This document shows positions 40,737 through 53,766 of a stretch of DNA of 64,000 nucleotides, one piece after another (position 1 is the stretch's first letter; every line of letters begins with the position of its first letter). Origin of the DNA: the human T2T-CHM13v2.0 reference genome, Homo sapiens. The translations under genes were made by a program, and so were the position numbers. The notes beneath the pieces are model-generated. The model saw nothing but the letters and a program-made list of their open reading frames with translations, was not told the DNA's origin and did no database searches. The DNA lies in assembly GCF_009914755.1 (NCBI RefSeq), contig NC_060932.1; one strand, written 5' to 3'.

Positions 40737-40849
40737 CGGAGTTTTCCAAATGTTCTGTATGAGCATGTATTATATCATGCTCAGAGAATGTAACATTTTG
40801 AAATTACTAAAAATGGTAACAGTTACACTTTCTAACAACTACTACATTC

Positions 40850-41000
40850 TCATATTTTTATGAAGTAAGAACACAGTTATCCTCATTTTACAGAGGAAAA
40901 GCTGAGGCTCAGAAAAGAGATCTCTGCAGGGACACATATCTACTAAGTGGCTGAATCATGAGTCGACTCAGATCTGTTTGATTCCAGAAGCTAAGGCCTG
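40850..41000 (-). mobile_element. MIR
   Basis: CATTTTACAGAGGAAAAGCTGAGGCTCAGA. Confidence 0.7.
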
Positions 41001-41059
41001 ACTGAACACCTGACATTGTCGTGAATTTAAAAAAAAAAAAAAAAAAGGAAGTAGATTTT

Positions 41060-41640
41060 AAAGAGAAGTGCTCATTAAGTTTAGTCTTGTGAGTCATAAG
41101 TTTGAAGCACTGAAGAGATGACTGGGGATGTCTTTTGAACAGGTTAAACATTGACTGGAGGCTCAGGAGCTCCTCTTTGGAGGTGTTGATTTGAGAATTG
41201 TTCAGAGATGTCAATGAAGCAACAGCAATAGAGGAGACCATCCGGGAGTAGTTTAGAGATTGTGAATAGAAGGATATTGCCAAAGACCACTCAGTAAGGA
41301 AAGGAGAGTCACAGGAGAGATGCAGGTAACCTGGAAACTGAGGGAGAGAGGACTTTCAGATCACTGAGCATGATCAAGTGGCATAAAATGGCCTTTAGGC
41401 AGAGTCTTATGATGAGTTTGACATGAGAATATTTATAGCATAAACTAGCCTGAACACAGTCAAGGTAGGAAGTATAAAATGCCCTTTCAAGAATGGAATT
41501 GATGAGGAATTGGTGACGGAAAGATTGTAGTTCAAAATGATGGAGACAGGGGAAGGGATTTTCCCCTTGCAGAAGGCTTGACTCCACTTTTAGGCTGAAT
41601 GGAAGGAGTAGGAGGGACAGAAGAGTCAGGATAGAGAGAA
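41060..41640 (-). mobile_element. L2 fragment
   Basis: GGAGGCTCAGGAG...GATTTGAGAATT, degenerate L2 motifs. Confidence 0.45.
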
Positions 41641-41734
41641 AACAACCCGAAGAACAAGTTCCTTGAGGAAATGGAAAGGGATGCCACACACAGGTAAGGG
41701 TTTGCTCTAAAGTGCTCCTCAAAGTTAACAGTCC

Positions 41735-42090
41735 AGTTATAGACACTGTTGCTGCAAAACAAACCACACCATATGCAAAATGTAAAGTAAAACAATCACC
41801 ATCTTATGCACGCTGCTTCTGTGGGTCAGAAATTGGACAGAGCACAGTGGGGATGGCTTTTCTCTGCTCCACAGTGTCTGGGGTCAAATTTAGAAAGACT
41901 CAAATAGTTATGGGTGACTCAAATGTCAGGGGGCTGGAATCACCCAGGGTCTTTCACTCATGTGGCCGATGCCCGGGCTGGGATGATTTTAAGGCTGGGC
42001 TCAGCAGGGTCGATTCTTTGAGCACTCATGCATGGCCTGTGCATGTGCCTTGGGCCTCCTACGGCACGGCAGCAGCATTTTGAGAGGAAG
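41735..42090 (-). mobile_element. MaLR LTR (MLT1F/G-like)
   Basis: TTCTGTGGGTCAGAAATTGGACAGAGCACAGTGGGGATGGCT. Confidence 0.75.
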
Positions 42091-43889
42091 CAATAATCCT
42101 TATGGTATCATCACTCCTATTGTGTTGAAAAGAGTCCTAAACCTCAGGAAATTCATGTCACTTGTTCAGTGTCATAGAGCTTTACAGTGTGCTCTCAATT
42201 TTGCCTAAAAAATACATTCATATCACATATAGAAAAAATTCTGGGAGAATACACATGAAAATTTTAGAAGTAGTCATATTTGAATAGTGTAATTTTTATT
42301 TCCTTTTAGATTTTCTCTGTTTTGTTTTTATGTTTTAGCAATGATTATGCATGGCTCATACATTAAAAGTTTTGTTTTTACTTTCTAGATGAAGCCTTCT
42401 GTAAGCAGTCTAATAACCCCTTGGACTTAGTTGTTTTCAGGACAAGCCCAGGGGTGGCATCTCCCGGATGGAAATACAAACCAAACATCTGCCAGGCATG
42501 TACCAAGGGTTCCATACTTGACGTCATCTTATCTTGGAGAAGAGATTCTCACACTATGGGACTGACTCAGACATCATGCCTCTTCAGCCAGGCAGAGGAA
42601 CTGACATTCCCTAAGGTATCCTATAACATAGCTATATCAGAGATGGCCACATGAGGAGGCCAGGACATCATTGAGCAACATGCCTTGTGGTTGAGCTTCA
42701 TACTACCATGACCAAGAGTCCAGGTCAAGAATGCCAGTGTGCTTCTCTCAACAAAACATAGCTTGATTCTGGGCTTTTAGGCTTTTAGGTTCTTTCTATC
42801 TTCTGAAACTCATCCAAGATTTTCAGCTCATACTTTAAACACGTTGAGGTTATCTTTGAAACACAACAGCATCTCCCCTGAGATCACCCTCTTAGTTTAC
42901 GCAGTTTTAAGTTGGGGGTTTTATTCATTTAAATGAAAATGTAAGAATTTTAATTTAGGTTGAAATTTTCTAATGTTAGCTTTGAATGCAATTTAGATGA
43001 AGCATAATAAATGCAGGTTCAAATTCAACCAGCCATTTCTGAGAACTGTGCCTGGCACTGTGCCCAGTCCTCTCTGATGAGCATACACTCTTGTCTTCTC
43101 AACATTCACCCTGCCTTCTTCTGTCAACCCCAAATCAGGTGAGGCCAGCTAGTGAACAGTATCTGAACTCAATCACTGAGTTCACCCAGAATCTAATTGG
43201 CCTCGCTTGTGAAATATGTTATTTTGATGAGGAATCAGAGGGCCAATTAGCTGAGATGCTTTGGACAAGTCCTCCATTTAGTCACCTGTAAAATGAGAAG
43301 AGGACAAGGAATTGGATGAGGCATCTCTAAGACCCTTCTGGCCCTAAAGTCTCGGCTTCTTCAAGTCACAGATGTGAGCATGTCTCTTGTTACATCAGAG
43401 CTGCCCTTTCTCTGTCATCAGCCCACAAGTTATCTACCGGGAGGCACACAAACATATCCATACACATCCTGAGCCCACACCCCTGCAGCAAACAGCCTCA
43501 CCCAGTTTCACACAAAGAGAAGCCACCTGCACATGTGACCAACCCTAGCGGCTCCTGAGCAGCTGCTCTTCTTTGCTCTCTAAGGCAGCAAAAGGGATGT
43601 ATTTCCCTCATCGAATCTTTTTTCTCTTAAAGAATCAGAAGCCTCCTTCACTCTTGCCTTCTCACTATCTGGACTTCAACCCTGTTTACTATAACTGGCT
43701 GTTTAGCTATCTAAATTTTCTATGTGACCATGAATTCCACAAGGAAAACACCTATTTGTCATCTTACTGAGTGTTTTGGCTTCAGCAACTAGCTGGGAGC
43801 TAGATACAGAGGCATCGATTGCTGAATAACCTTGTCACCCCTCCCGGCCCGCTCTTGTGGTGAATTAGAGACAACTGCATGTTCTCTGA

Positions 43890-44266
<377 letters not shown>

Positions 44267-44284
44267 GATCCCATTTGTATTATT

Positions 44285-44410
44285 CCTAGTTTCTAGATGA
44301 GGAAACTGAAGCTCGGAGGCTCAGAGATGCGATCCTCAAGGTCACCCAACTAGCAGGTGGGAAAGCCAAGATTCAAGTTGAGATCTTTCTAACTCCAAAG
44401 TTCAAGCCCT
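44285..44410 (-). mobile_element. MIR
   Basis: AGATGAGGAAACTGAAGCTC...CAAGGTCACCCAACTAG. Confidence 0.7.
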
Positions 44411-44520
44411 CTATAACCACTGGGCTGTCTTGCTTCCCAAACAATGTTACAGCGGGTGTGCCTGTTTGTGTATGTATGTGTGGCATACAGAGAGGTAGAA
44501 AAACTGGATACCTCCTTGAG

Positions 44521-44737
44521 CAAGCATTGGCATTGTACAGCCCACAGCCAAATCTGGCCTGTTTTTATAAATAACACTTCATGAAGCCGCAGCCACACTC
44601 ATTCATTTACATACTGTCTATGGTTACTTTCACATCACCACAGCTAAGCTGAGTAGTTGTGACTCAGCAACCATGTGGCCCGAAAAAGCCTGAAGTATTG
44701 ACTATCTTGTCCTTTACAAAAAGTTTGCTGATGCCTG
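44521..44737 (+). mobile_element. MER58A
   Basis: CAGCCACACTCATTCATTTACATACTGTCTATGG...AAAAGTTTGCTGATGCCTG. Confidence 0.85.
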
Positions 44738-44815
44738 TTCTAGAGGATCTACATAGGAGATTACTTACATCCCTTCAAGGACACAATGGGCCTCATTTTT
44801 TCCTGAGGCAAGATT

Positions 44816-44912
44816 TAAAGTTACCAACTTGTCCCAGTTTTTCCTAGACTTTGTTATTTTTTTCCAGAAAAACCTCTTGGTCCTGGGAAAACTGGGATGG
44901 TTGGTCATCCTA
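44816..44912. mobile_element. MER81/MER94-like hAT-Blackjack MITE
   Basis: Palindromic ends ACCAACTTGTCCCAGTTT...AAACTGGGATGGTTGGTCATCCTA. Confidence 0.7.
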
Positions 44913-45338
44913 GTTCTAGATTATGCACCACAGACTCTATATAAGTGTGCAGTCCTGCTGTCCCTTGAAATGCCCTAACTGCAGCTTCCACGGCTGCCTA
45001 AGAGGGGATCAGATGCCCCAGGCACAGAAGGCACTTCCTTCTCTGCCAAGGTCCCACCACAGAGCAGGCCCAAGGCAAGGCCACCCTGTTAATAAGCTTA
45101 ATTGGATTTGCCAGCTGAGCCATGAATTCATTATCCCTGTCAATCCCCAGCCCTAGAGAGCCAAGAAAAATTCCTAGAGGAAATGATAAAGGTCTCTCGT
45201 CTGGGCCTGTGTCTCCATTCTTTCTCCCCCTCCCACCCTGAAAAGGCATATACAGTGTGCTACCTTCTCGCATTCCAGGACATAAAGGAGATACTGTCAA
45301 TGATGCAGACGTTTTAAGAAGTAGCATTTTCATAATGA

Positions 45339-45749
<411 letters not shown>

Positions 45750-46167
45750 TAATAGGAGTGGAGTAGGTGATGTGCATATACATAGCCTATGCATAATTTT
45801 TCAGATGCGTGAACTTTCCCAGGCTTAATAATTGGCCTGAAGTTCCCCTCACTTTAGACATTCACATCTTCATGCACAGAGGCCCACATAATGAGAGTTG
45901 TACGGACCAGTCATCTACTAGCAAAATTATCTAACACAATGCCAAAAACCTGGGTGTGAGCTGAGACTGGGAGAAAAGCAGCCAGAAAAGGCCTCTCTCC
46001 CTGTGCAGTTCTCAGAGGGAGGCCGGAGCTGCCTCAACAGCACAAAGAAAAGGGAGGGCCTCTTGCCTTCCTCCCAGACTTGAGTGATAAGTTCTGAAGA
46101 CAAAAGGTTCTGGAAGAACGGACTCAGCTTCTGCAGCCCCTGACCAGGAAGAGAGAAATGACTAGAG

Positions 46168-46399
46168 CAGTTTCAGCAAACTGCAGTCCTCAGGCCACAT
46201 CTGGCCTCCCTTTGTTTTAGTGCAGCCTGCCCAGAGGCTAAGAATGACTTTTACATTTTTTTAATGGTTGCAAAAATTAAAAGAATACTATTTGTGATAC
46301 GTAAAAAGTATATGAGAATCAAATTTCAATCTCCATCAGTAAAGTCTTATGGAAACATGGCCAAACTCACTTGCTTTTGTGTTCTCCGTGGCTGCTTTC
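46168..46399 (+). mobile_element. MER58B (partial)
   Basis: GCTAAGAATGACTTTTACATTTTTTTAATGGTTG. Confidence 0.75.
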
Positions 46400-46520
46400 C
46401 CATTTTACAAATAAAGAAACTGAGGTCCAGAAGGATGAAATAAATGAATCATCCCAAAGTCACATAGTTTGTAAGAGGCAAAACTAAGATTTGAGCTTAG
46501 GTCTGCCTGCCAACAAAACG
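46400..46520 (-). mobile_element. MIR
   Basis: CCATTTTACAAATAAAGAAACTGAGG. Confidence 0.7.
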
Positions 46521-47274
46521 CCATCACTCTGACAAGCCACCCTCTTGAAGGAGGCAAAGAAGTGGGTTCTTGGGTGAGTGGGTCAAGGAGAAATTTGGAT
46601 GATCGATGTCAGCTCAAGCCTGAGGGACAAGCCAGTGTTAATCAGTGGACAACAGCTGGCTCATGCAGGGTGTACATATAGAAGATACCTCAACAGAAGC
46701 TGAGAGATATTGAAAAATACTGCATGGCAGCTCCTCATTTTACAGAAGGGGAGTCCGGGAGTCCGAAGGCATGAGAGATAGAAGACTTTGTCTGGAATCA
46801 TCCAGGCAGTCATAGCCAGAGCTGGGTGGAGAAACTACCACATCATTAACCCCAAGAGATGAGAGTTGGGTGCCAGCTTCAAGGAATGGGGTCAGTGGGA
46901 GAGGTGCTCTGGCTGGCGGATTCCAGTTCCACAGGAGGCCTTGGGTAATTCTGGGGACAAACATGGGTCAGAGGCCAAACTAAGGCTCAGCACACCTACC
47001 CTTAGTTCCCCAAAGTTGCAGAAGACAAAATAAATTTGCATTTTTACAATGGGATAATTAATGTGAACTAAAGTACTCTTGTAACAGTTGATCTGTTTGA
47101 AAAGGAAAGAAAATGTCCTAAGAAAGACCCAACACTGGGGTCAAAGCTCAATATTTGCAGTTAGTATCTGAGCCCCACTTACTAAATGCCTCTGTCCTAG
47201 TAGTACTTCCTTTTCCAATTTTGATCAGAGGAGACACTGAGCACGGAGGAGAGAACCACATGCATAAGTCACCA

Positions 47275-47420
47275 AACCCTCATCAAGCATCTGTTGTGCA
47301 TTGGGCTTTCTGGGTGCATTATCACTGATCCTAAAAGATAGGCAAAATCATTTCCATTTTATTTGTGAGGAAACTGAGGCTTAGAGTGACCAAGTGATCA
47401 CCTGAGGTCATACAGCTAGA
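47275..47420 (-). mobile_element. MIR
   Basis: GAGGAAACTGAGGCTTAGAG...AGGTCATACAGCTAG. Confidence 0.7.
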
Positions 47421-48499
47421 AAAAAAACAAAAGCCAGCTGTCTCCACACTTGGAGGAGGGTTGAGTTTGGTAAATATGAAAAGGACTTCTTTCTCCCAGA
47501 GCTGCTGGGTTTTTCAGCCTCGCTGGTATAGCCAGATGTCTTTCCTCCCTAGCAAGATGTCTTCTGTTGAACTCTTAGGGCTGAAACCAGGTTATTGAAG
47601 GGAAGCTGCCACCTTGGGGAGTTGATGCATCGCAGATGCAGATAAAGGCAGATTGCGAGATTCCATACCTGCAATCAGATGGCTCAGATTCCTCTGCGGG
47701 GTCAAATGCCACCACAAATGTCTTTTTTATATAGACTGAAGGAGCTGATAATGTAAACCTTAACAACCCGGGCAGGGCCCTTTTCATCTCCCTGATCACA
47801 CTCATCTCAGGATGAAATGGGCCGCAGGGAAGGGTTCACAACTCAACTCTCAACTCCAAAGGTTCCTGAAAGATAACCCCACACCTTGTGCAAAGTTATG
47901 ACAGGAAACCCCACAAGGCCTTTGTGATAAGCTCTCCCAGCACATTGCTGGGGACCCACAATTGTTTGGCAAAGGGGTGGTGTCCACTGCTTCAACTGTG
48001 ACTTTGGACCAGAGAGTTGTAACAGACAAATGTGGCTCAGGCCCGGCAACCGTGCTCTGCCTTATGTCAGGGACTGGCTGAGATTACTTCAAGAGGGAAA
48101 TTGTTGATACTAAACCCCTACGTGGTGTGAGTGACACTCTAGTGTCAGGTGACAACCCTGGATACATATCAAGGGGATGGGGAGAGACATGCTGAACTGG
48201 TTGCAGTTGAGTTTTGGGAGAGCGTTTTAGCGCTATAACCACTTTTAGCTCTAGACTCAGGCTTCTGCTGAGTTTCAGCTCCAGTCTTTCATATTCCACA
48301 TAATAGATGACCTCCTGCTACTCCCAGTTATCTGGGAGTCTATGAGCCATGAGTCTAAGTGTCTCAGAAATCAACTACTGGTCACACATCCCAGAAAGGC
48401 AATGAAAGTCCTGACACTGTGGGAATCTCCTCAGCCCATTTCTCCAAGCCTGCCCAAGCAGAGTTCTAGAGCTTTGATCTATGCCAAAGATCTATGCCC

Positions 48500-48900
48500 A
48501 AAAGGCCAAACTTCTAGAAGTTCCCATGTATACGTAGCATGCTAGTTCCTGGCCCGAGGCCTTTGTGTGTGCTGTACCCTCTGTCCAAAACTCCATTTCC
48601 CCACTTGTCCACCCACCCATCTCCTCCTCTTTCTTCATAATGTGGCACAGACATCCTCTCAAAAGCAGTCTTTCTCTGAACCTCCAGGGTAGCCCTCCTC
48701 CTCTTCCTCTGTGCTCTCGCAGCCTCCTACCTCACCCCACTGCCCTTCTCTCTCAGCACCTCTCTTGTCAACACTCAATTGGGTGTTCATCAATCTTCAC
48801 CACCAGTCAAGCCCATGGATGGTCAAGGCATGGCCTTCACCATCCCTGGAGCTGCACAACCGGTGCTTGGCCCATAGAAGATTTTTAATAGACGCTTACC
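48500..48900 (+). mobile_element. L2 fragment
   Basis: GGCCTTTGTGTGTGCTGTACCCTCTGTCC...GTGCTTGGCCCATAG. Confidence 0.55.
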
Positions 48901-49121
48901 TTCTTAAACACTTGGAAGAATTAACTGAAACCACAAACTCATGCTAGAGCAGCCTCTTTTAGAAATCTCCTCATTTATTTATTCAGCCCATGTTTTTGTG
49001 CCCCTGCTAGGGGTCATGCGCTGTGATAGCACAAGGAAGACAATGGGGAGCAAAACAGGCCTTGCCTCTGCCCTCAGGGAGCTGATTCGTGGCAGAATCA
49101 AACACTAGTGGCACTATTAAC

Positions 49122-50048
49122 TTTTTTCTTAATAGACATTTTTTAGTTCTTTTTTAAAAAATTTTTAAGTTCTACTTTTAATTAACAAATAATAATTCTA
49201 TATAGTATATATATTTACATTGTGGAGTAATTAAATCTAACAATTCTATCACCTCACATACATATTATTTTTGTGGTAAAAATATTTAAAATATACTCTT
49301 CTAGTAATTTTGAAATATATAATGGACTACTATTTAGTAGAGTCACCGTTCTGTGCAATAGATCACTCCCATGTTTACTGCAGAATTATTCACCATAATC
49401 AAGATATGGAAGCAACCTAGGTATTCATTATTCGATAAATGGATTTAGAAAATGTGGTGTCTATACACAATGGAATATTTTTCAGCCTTTAAAAAGAAGG
49501 AAATTCTGGGCCAGGCATGGTGGCTCACACCTGTAATCTCAGCACTTTGGGAGGCCGAGTCGGGTGGAATCACCTGAGGTCAAGAGTTTGAGACCAGCCT
49601 GGCCAACATGGTGAAACCCCAACTCTACTAAAAATACAAAAAATTAGCTGGGCCTGGTGGTGCACCTGTAATCCCAGCTACTCTGGAGGCTGAGGCAGGA
49701 GAATTTAGCTTGATCCCAGGAAGCAGAGGTTGCAGTGAGCCGAGATCGTGCCATTGCACTCCAGCCTCAGCAACAGGAGTGAAACTCCATCTCAAAAAAA
49801 AAAAAAACACAAAAAACAAAACAAAACAAAAAAAAAACCCAGGAAATTCTGTCATTGGCAGAAACACGAATGAACCTGGAGGACAGTATGCTAAGTGAAA
49901 TAAAGCAGGCAAAGAAAGACAAAAGACCACATGATCTCATTTAAAAGTGGAATCAAAAACAAAGTAGAGTAGAGCATAGAATGGTGGTTACCAGCAGCTG
50001 GGATCAGGGGACAGATGGGGAAAGAGAAATACTGATCAAAGGGTACAA
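49122..50048. mobile_element. L1MA 3' fragment with internal inversion (minus 49122-49367, plus 49364-50048), interrupted by an Alu
   Basis: Reverse L1MA terminus (CAATAGATCACT) abuts sense CCCATGTTTACTGCAG...AAAGGGTACAA. Confidence 0.8.
49509..49840 (+). mobile_element. AluS (Sq/Sp-like)
   Basis: Full dimer; TSD AGGAAATTCTG at 49498-49508 and 49841-49851. Confidence 0.92.
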
Positions 50049-50089
50049 CGAACTATTTAACCGTGGTTCTGATAAATGCTACCAAAGAA

Positions 50090-50830
50090 CGAGGCCAGGA
50101 TTGGGTGGGGGAAGCAAATAAGGCACTGGCCCCAAGTGCAAAATTTAAGGTGGAGCAAAAACATACAGGGAAAAGACAAATCAAAATTAATACAAAAATC
50201 TTCGTGCTCAAGAAACTATCCAAAATGTAAACAAAGGCCAAAGCATCATGCCATGTCACAATGGAGCCAAAGGCATAAGGAAAATATGCACCCCTATAGA
50301 CATGATTTTGCATATTTTAATGGTTATTTTTTCCCAGAACATTAAAGTAGTTGAAAATCACTGAACAATGTAAAAGTAGGATATTAAAACTCACATTATT
50401 TTATGTTTAAATATTTTATTTATTACCAAGCAGAATGTATTATCCTTTTATTATAGCTTAAGCTAATTAAAAAATCACGTAAGATTGCCACTTGGTCACA
50501 TGAATTTATCCAACATGACAATTTTCTCCAGTGAAAGCAAGATAAGCAAAGAAGTAGACACCAAAAACATTATTGAGTGCTTGCTTCCAAAAAGCCTGGA
50601 GTATACATTTTTCCTTTCCTTCAGGCACCAGCTTGGCTCAGAACAGCATGAGTCTTTATTTAAAATTTGCGATTTTGTTCACCTTGAATTTTTTGCGTTA
50701 ATTTTGATACGTTAAATAATTGCATTAAAATACTATTTATCTTGATATGAAGGGGGTTTTATGGGCACCCACTTAAAATTTTGCACCCAAAAGTGAGTCC
50801 CTCTTTTGCCTCACCCTAATCCCAGCCTTG
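50090..50830 (+). mobile_element. hAT-Tip100 fossil with MER96-type TIRs and a transposase C-terminal remnant
   Basis: Ends GGCCAGGATTGGGTGGGG...GTGCAAAATTTAAG and CTTAAAATTTTGCAC...CCTCACCCTAATCCCAGCCTTG; internal hATC-like peptide. Confidence 0.7.
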
Positions 50831-50989
50831 CAGAATAAGGGTACAGGAGGCCAAACCTAGGCTGAGTGTGAAGGAGGGCTCCCCCAGGGATGTGACAATG
50901 AATGTCAATCCTGGTGGAAGATGACACAGTTAGAACTGTAGAGGGCTCTGCCTACAGTTAAACCCTGGGCCAGGAAGGAGCTTGCTAAA

Positions 50990-51210
50990 GAATAACGATA
51001 AGAACTGCAAACACAGACATTATGCTAGTATGCAGAGGCACTGTCCTAGCAGACATTCATTTGATTCTCACTACAAACTTATGTTGCTGGTATTATTGTT
51101 ACAATTTTACAGACCAAAACTAGGACACAGAAAAGGTAAGCTAGTAGTTCAAAATCACAGAGCCATGAAGTGATCCAGCTAGAATGTGAATGCAGGCAAT
51201 CTCGGGCCCA
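50990..51210 (-). mobile_element. MIR
   Basis: ATTTTACAGACCAAAACTAGGACACAGAAAAGGTAAG. Confidence 0.6.
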
Positions 51211-51829
51211 GTCCATCCTGGAAACCCTTCCTCTCTCTCACTCAGAGAGAAGTTTACATTGGCTAGGGTGGAGTGAGCCACCAGGAGGCTGCCATGAGTG
51301 GATAGTGAGATATAGGGCTGAAAGTTCCAGCCTTGTGAAGGTCCCAGTAGGAATTCTAAACCCTTGGAGGAAAAGTAACTGGTGCCATTTTAATGTTATT
51401 TTATTTTGCCTCTTTCTTCCCGCTATCATCTTTACAGTTGTCTTGTGCTTTAATCTTAGAAATCTGGAAATATTCTGTTCAGATGGTCCCTGGAAAGACG
51501 TAGAGCAGAGGTGTTTTATTCTAATTTACTTTATAATTTAAATGAGGGATGTCTCAGTCAAGACAGAGTGGATTCCAACACACTGCTAATGCAAAGCCTT
51601 GCCCGTACAGCCATGAGGTCAAGGGACCTACAGCAAACAAGAACCTCAGCATCGTCAGTCATTGACCGTATTCAACGACCCTTGTCTACAGGTAGTAACA
51701 TACAGAGTGGTCAAGCACACAGGTTCTGGTATTAAATTGCCTTTGTCTTGACTTTGCAACCTTGGGCAAATTACTTAAAGCCTCTAAACCTCAGTTTTCT
51801 CACCTTTAAAATGGGGTGTCATCACAGTG

Positions 51830-52720
51830 TCTGTCATTACAGAGACTGGCTCAGCTGGTCACAAAACGCATTTTTCTCTTCTCCTAGCCCAGAGCTAGCC
51901 TATGCTTATTGCACAGATTCCCTTGCAATTTGGTGTGGCTGGGACTAAGTATTGGCCAAAAGAATGTGCACAGAAGCAATGGATACCACGTCCAGACCTG
52001 ACTCATACAACCTCCTTTACTGCTGTCTGCTCTCTTTCTTCCTTTCTCTGTCTGCTGGCAGAATGCTGAGCCCCAGGGTGACTTCAGAAGCTGTGTGTTG
52101 AATACAGAGCATCTGTCAGCCGGAATCCCTGATTAAGTATGTGGAGACAGAGCTACTGTCTTGGACTAGGTTTCCTCCAAGCGGAGGCTGAGACAGGGAT
52201 TAAAGTATATGTGATTCACTGAAGGAGGGATCTCAGGGAAAAGGAAGTGTAAAAAGCAGGAGAGGACAGGAAAAGGAACTAACCGAGTATGTGGTTTCAG
52301 CAGGGTACTAAGCTGCGGCAAGATTCCACAGGAGCCCTGGAGCTTGGATTCCACCAGAGCTGGGCCCACTTGGAAGCAAGTGGGGAGGGTGGCCTTAGTA
52401 CCTGTATCAGGCAGTAATTGGCTAAAGGCCACCACTGCCACCCCACGAGGTGGGAGGTGTGACCTCCTGGGTGAGGCAGACCCATCTCTCCTCCCCCAGC
52501 CATTCTGCAGAAAGCAATTTTCTGAAAAGCGGGGTAGCAGTGAGCCCCTTGTACCAGCGGAGGCCTGGGCGCTGGGTAGGGCTCCAGTAGCACCCACTAT
52601 AGACATCCCACTTCCCAATCAGGAATTCCTGATTTATGAGAGCAATAAATTAAGTTCATTTTCTTAAGCCTCCATGATTTCTGGGTTTCTATGTATCATT
52701 GTAAGGAACGTAAGCAATAC
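51830..52720 (+). mobile_element. MLT1 (H/I/J-like) LTR split by LTR16
   Basis: TCCCTTGCAATTTGGTGTGGCTGGGACTAAGTATTGGCCAA; 3' part CTTAAGCCTCCATGATTTCTGGG. Confidence 0.6.
52157..52600 (-). mobile_element. LTR16-like ERVL LTR
   Basis: TGTCTTGGACTAGGTTTCCTCCAAGCGGAGGCTGAGACAGGGATT. Confidence 0.6.
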
Positions 52721-53393
52721 TGTGTACTTCATGGGGTTATGTAACGATTAAATGAGATGCTGCATTTGAGTTGCTTAACATGTGGTACGTGTTCAATGAC
52801 CATTAGCCACAATTAGTAATTATTGCCCTGTGGCAGGTAATAGAGATGGAGAAATATCTGTTCTGCCTTCTCTGGAGGGCCTCGTGGCCTTGTGGGCACA
52901 AGACAGATGGAAATTAATGATTACAGAAATACAGTAGGGACCATGTCTGAAATGTGCTCATAGCCACTCACACCTGCATCTACCCAGGAACAGAATAAAA
53001 TGTTTCAAGCCAGAAGTGATGCTTGAGTTGACTTCTCAGGAATGAGCAGGTGCTCTCAAGCAGGCAAAAGAGAGAAGAGCACTTCCAGCAAAAGGGACAT
53101 GCATTTATGCTATGTCCAAAGGCATTTCTTGTGCTCCGAGGTCTCTGTAGTATTCACACAAGTGTTGACCGTGCCTGTTGAATCAGTGACCTCTAGAGTT
53201 GAAGCCCACCTTCCACTTGGCTATATAATCCAGGACAGGTCATGAAACCTCTTGATCCGTGGCATCTACAGTTGTCAGGGGTGGGAGAGGGATAGTGACA
53301 CCATCCCTCCCTCAAGCTTGAGATAAGGTTTTGATTCCAGAACTGGGCAGCATAATACCTTGCCATAGGGAGTGCTGGATTAATGTTAGCCCC

Positions 53394-53766
53394 TGATATG
53401 ATTTGGCAGTGTGTGCACCCAAATCTTATCTTGAATTGTAGTTCCCATAATTCCCATGTGTTTTAAGAGGGATCCGGTGGGAGGTAATTTAATCAAGGGG
53501 ATTGTTACCCTTGTGCCATTCTCATGATACTGAGAGAGTTCTCATGAGATCTGATGATTTTATAAGCGGCTTTCCCCACTTTTTCTCAGCACTTCTTCTT
53601 GCTGCTGGCATGTGAATAAGGACATGTTTGTTTCCCCTTCCACCATGATTGTAAGTTATCTGAGGCCTCCCAGACCAGCAGAACTGTGAATCAATTAACC
53701 TCTTTCCTTTATAAATTACCCAGTCTCATATATTTCTTCATAGCATCATGAGAATGGACTAATACA
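53394..53766 (+). mobile_element. THE1D-like solo LTR
   Basis: TGATATGATTTGG...GAATGGACTAATACA; perfect TSD GCCCC. Confidence 0.9.

Larger units (their letters stand above)
51700..52820 (+). mobile_element. MIR split by nested LTRs
   Basis: CCTTGGGCAAATTACTTAA...TTTAAAATGGGG to about 51820; resumes at about 52720 with GATTAAATGAGAT. Confidence 0.65.

Noticed and set aside
41029-41046. A18 run as another orphan retro-tail
   Set aside because: No flanking target-site duplication visible.
51276-51293. CTCF-like GCCACCAGGAGGC
   Set aside because: Partial match only; cannot be supported without PWM scoring or ChIP data.
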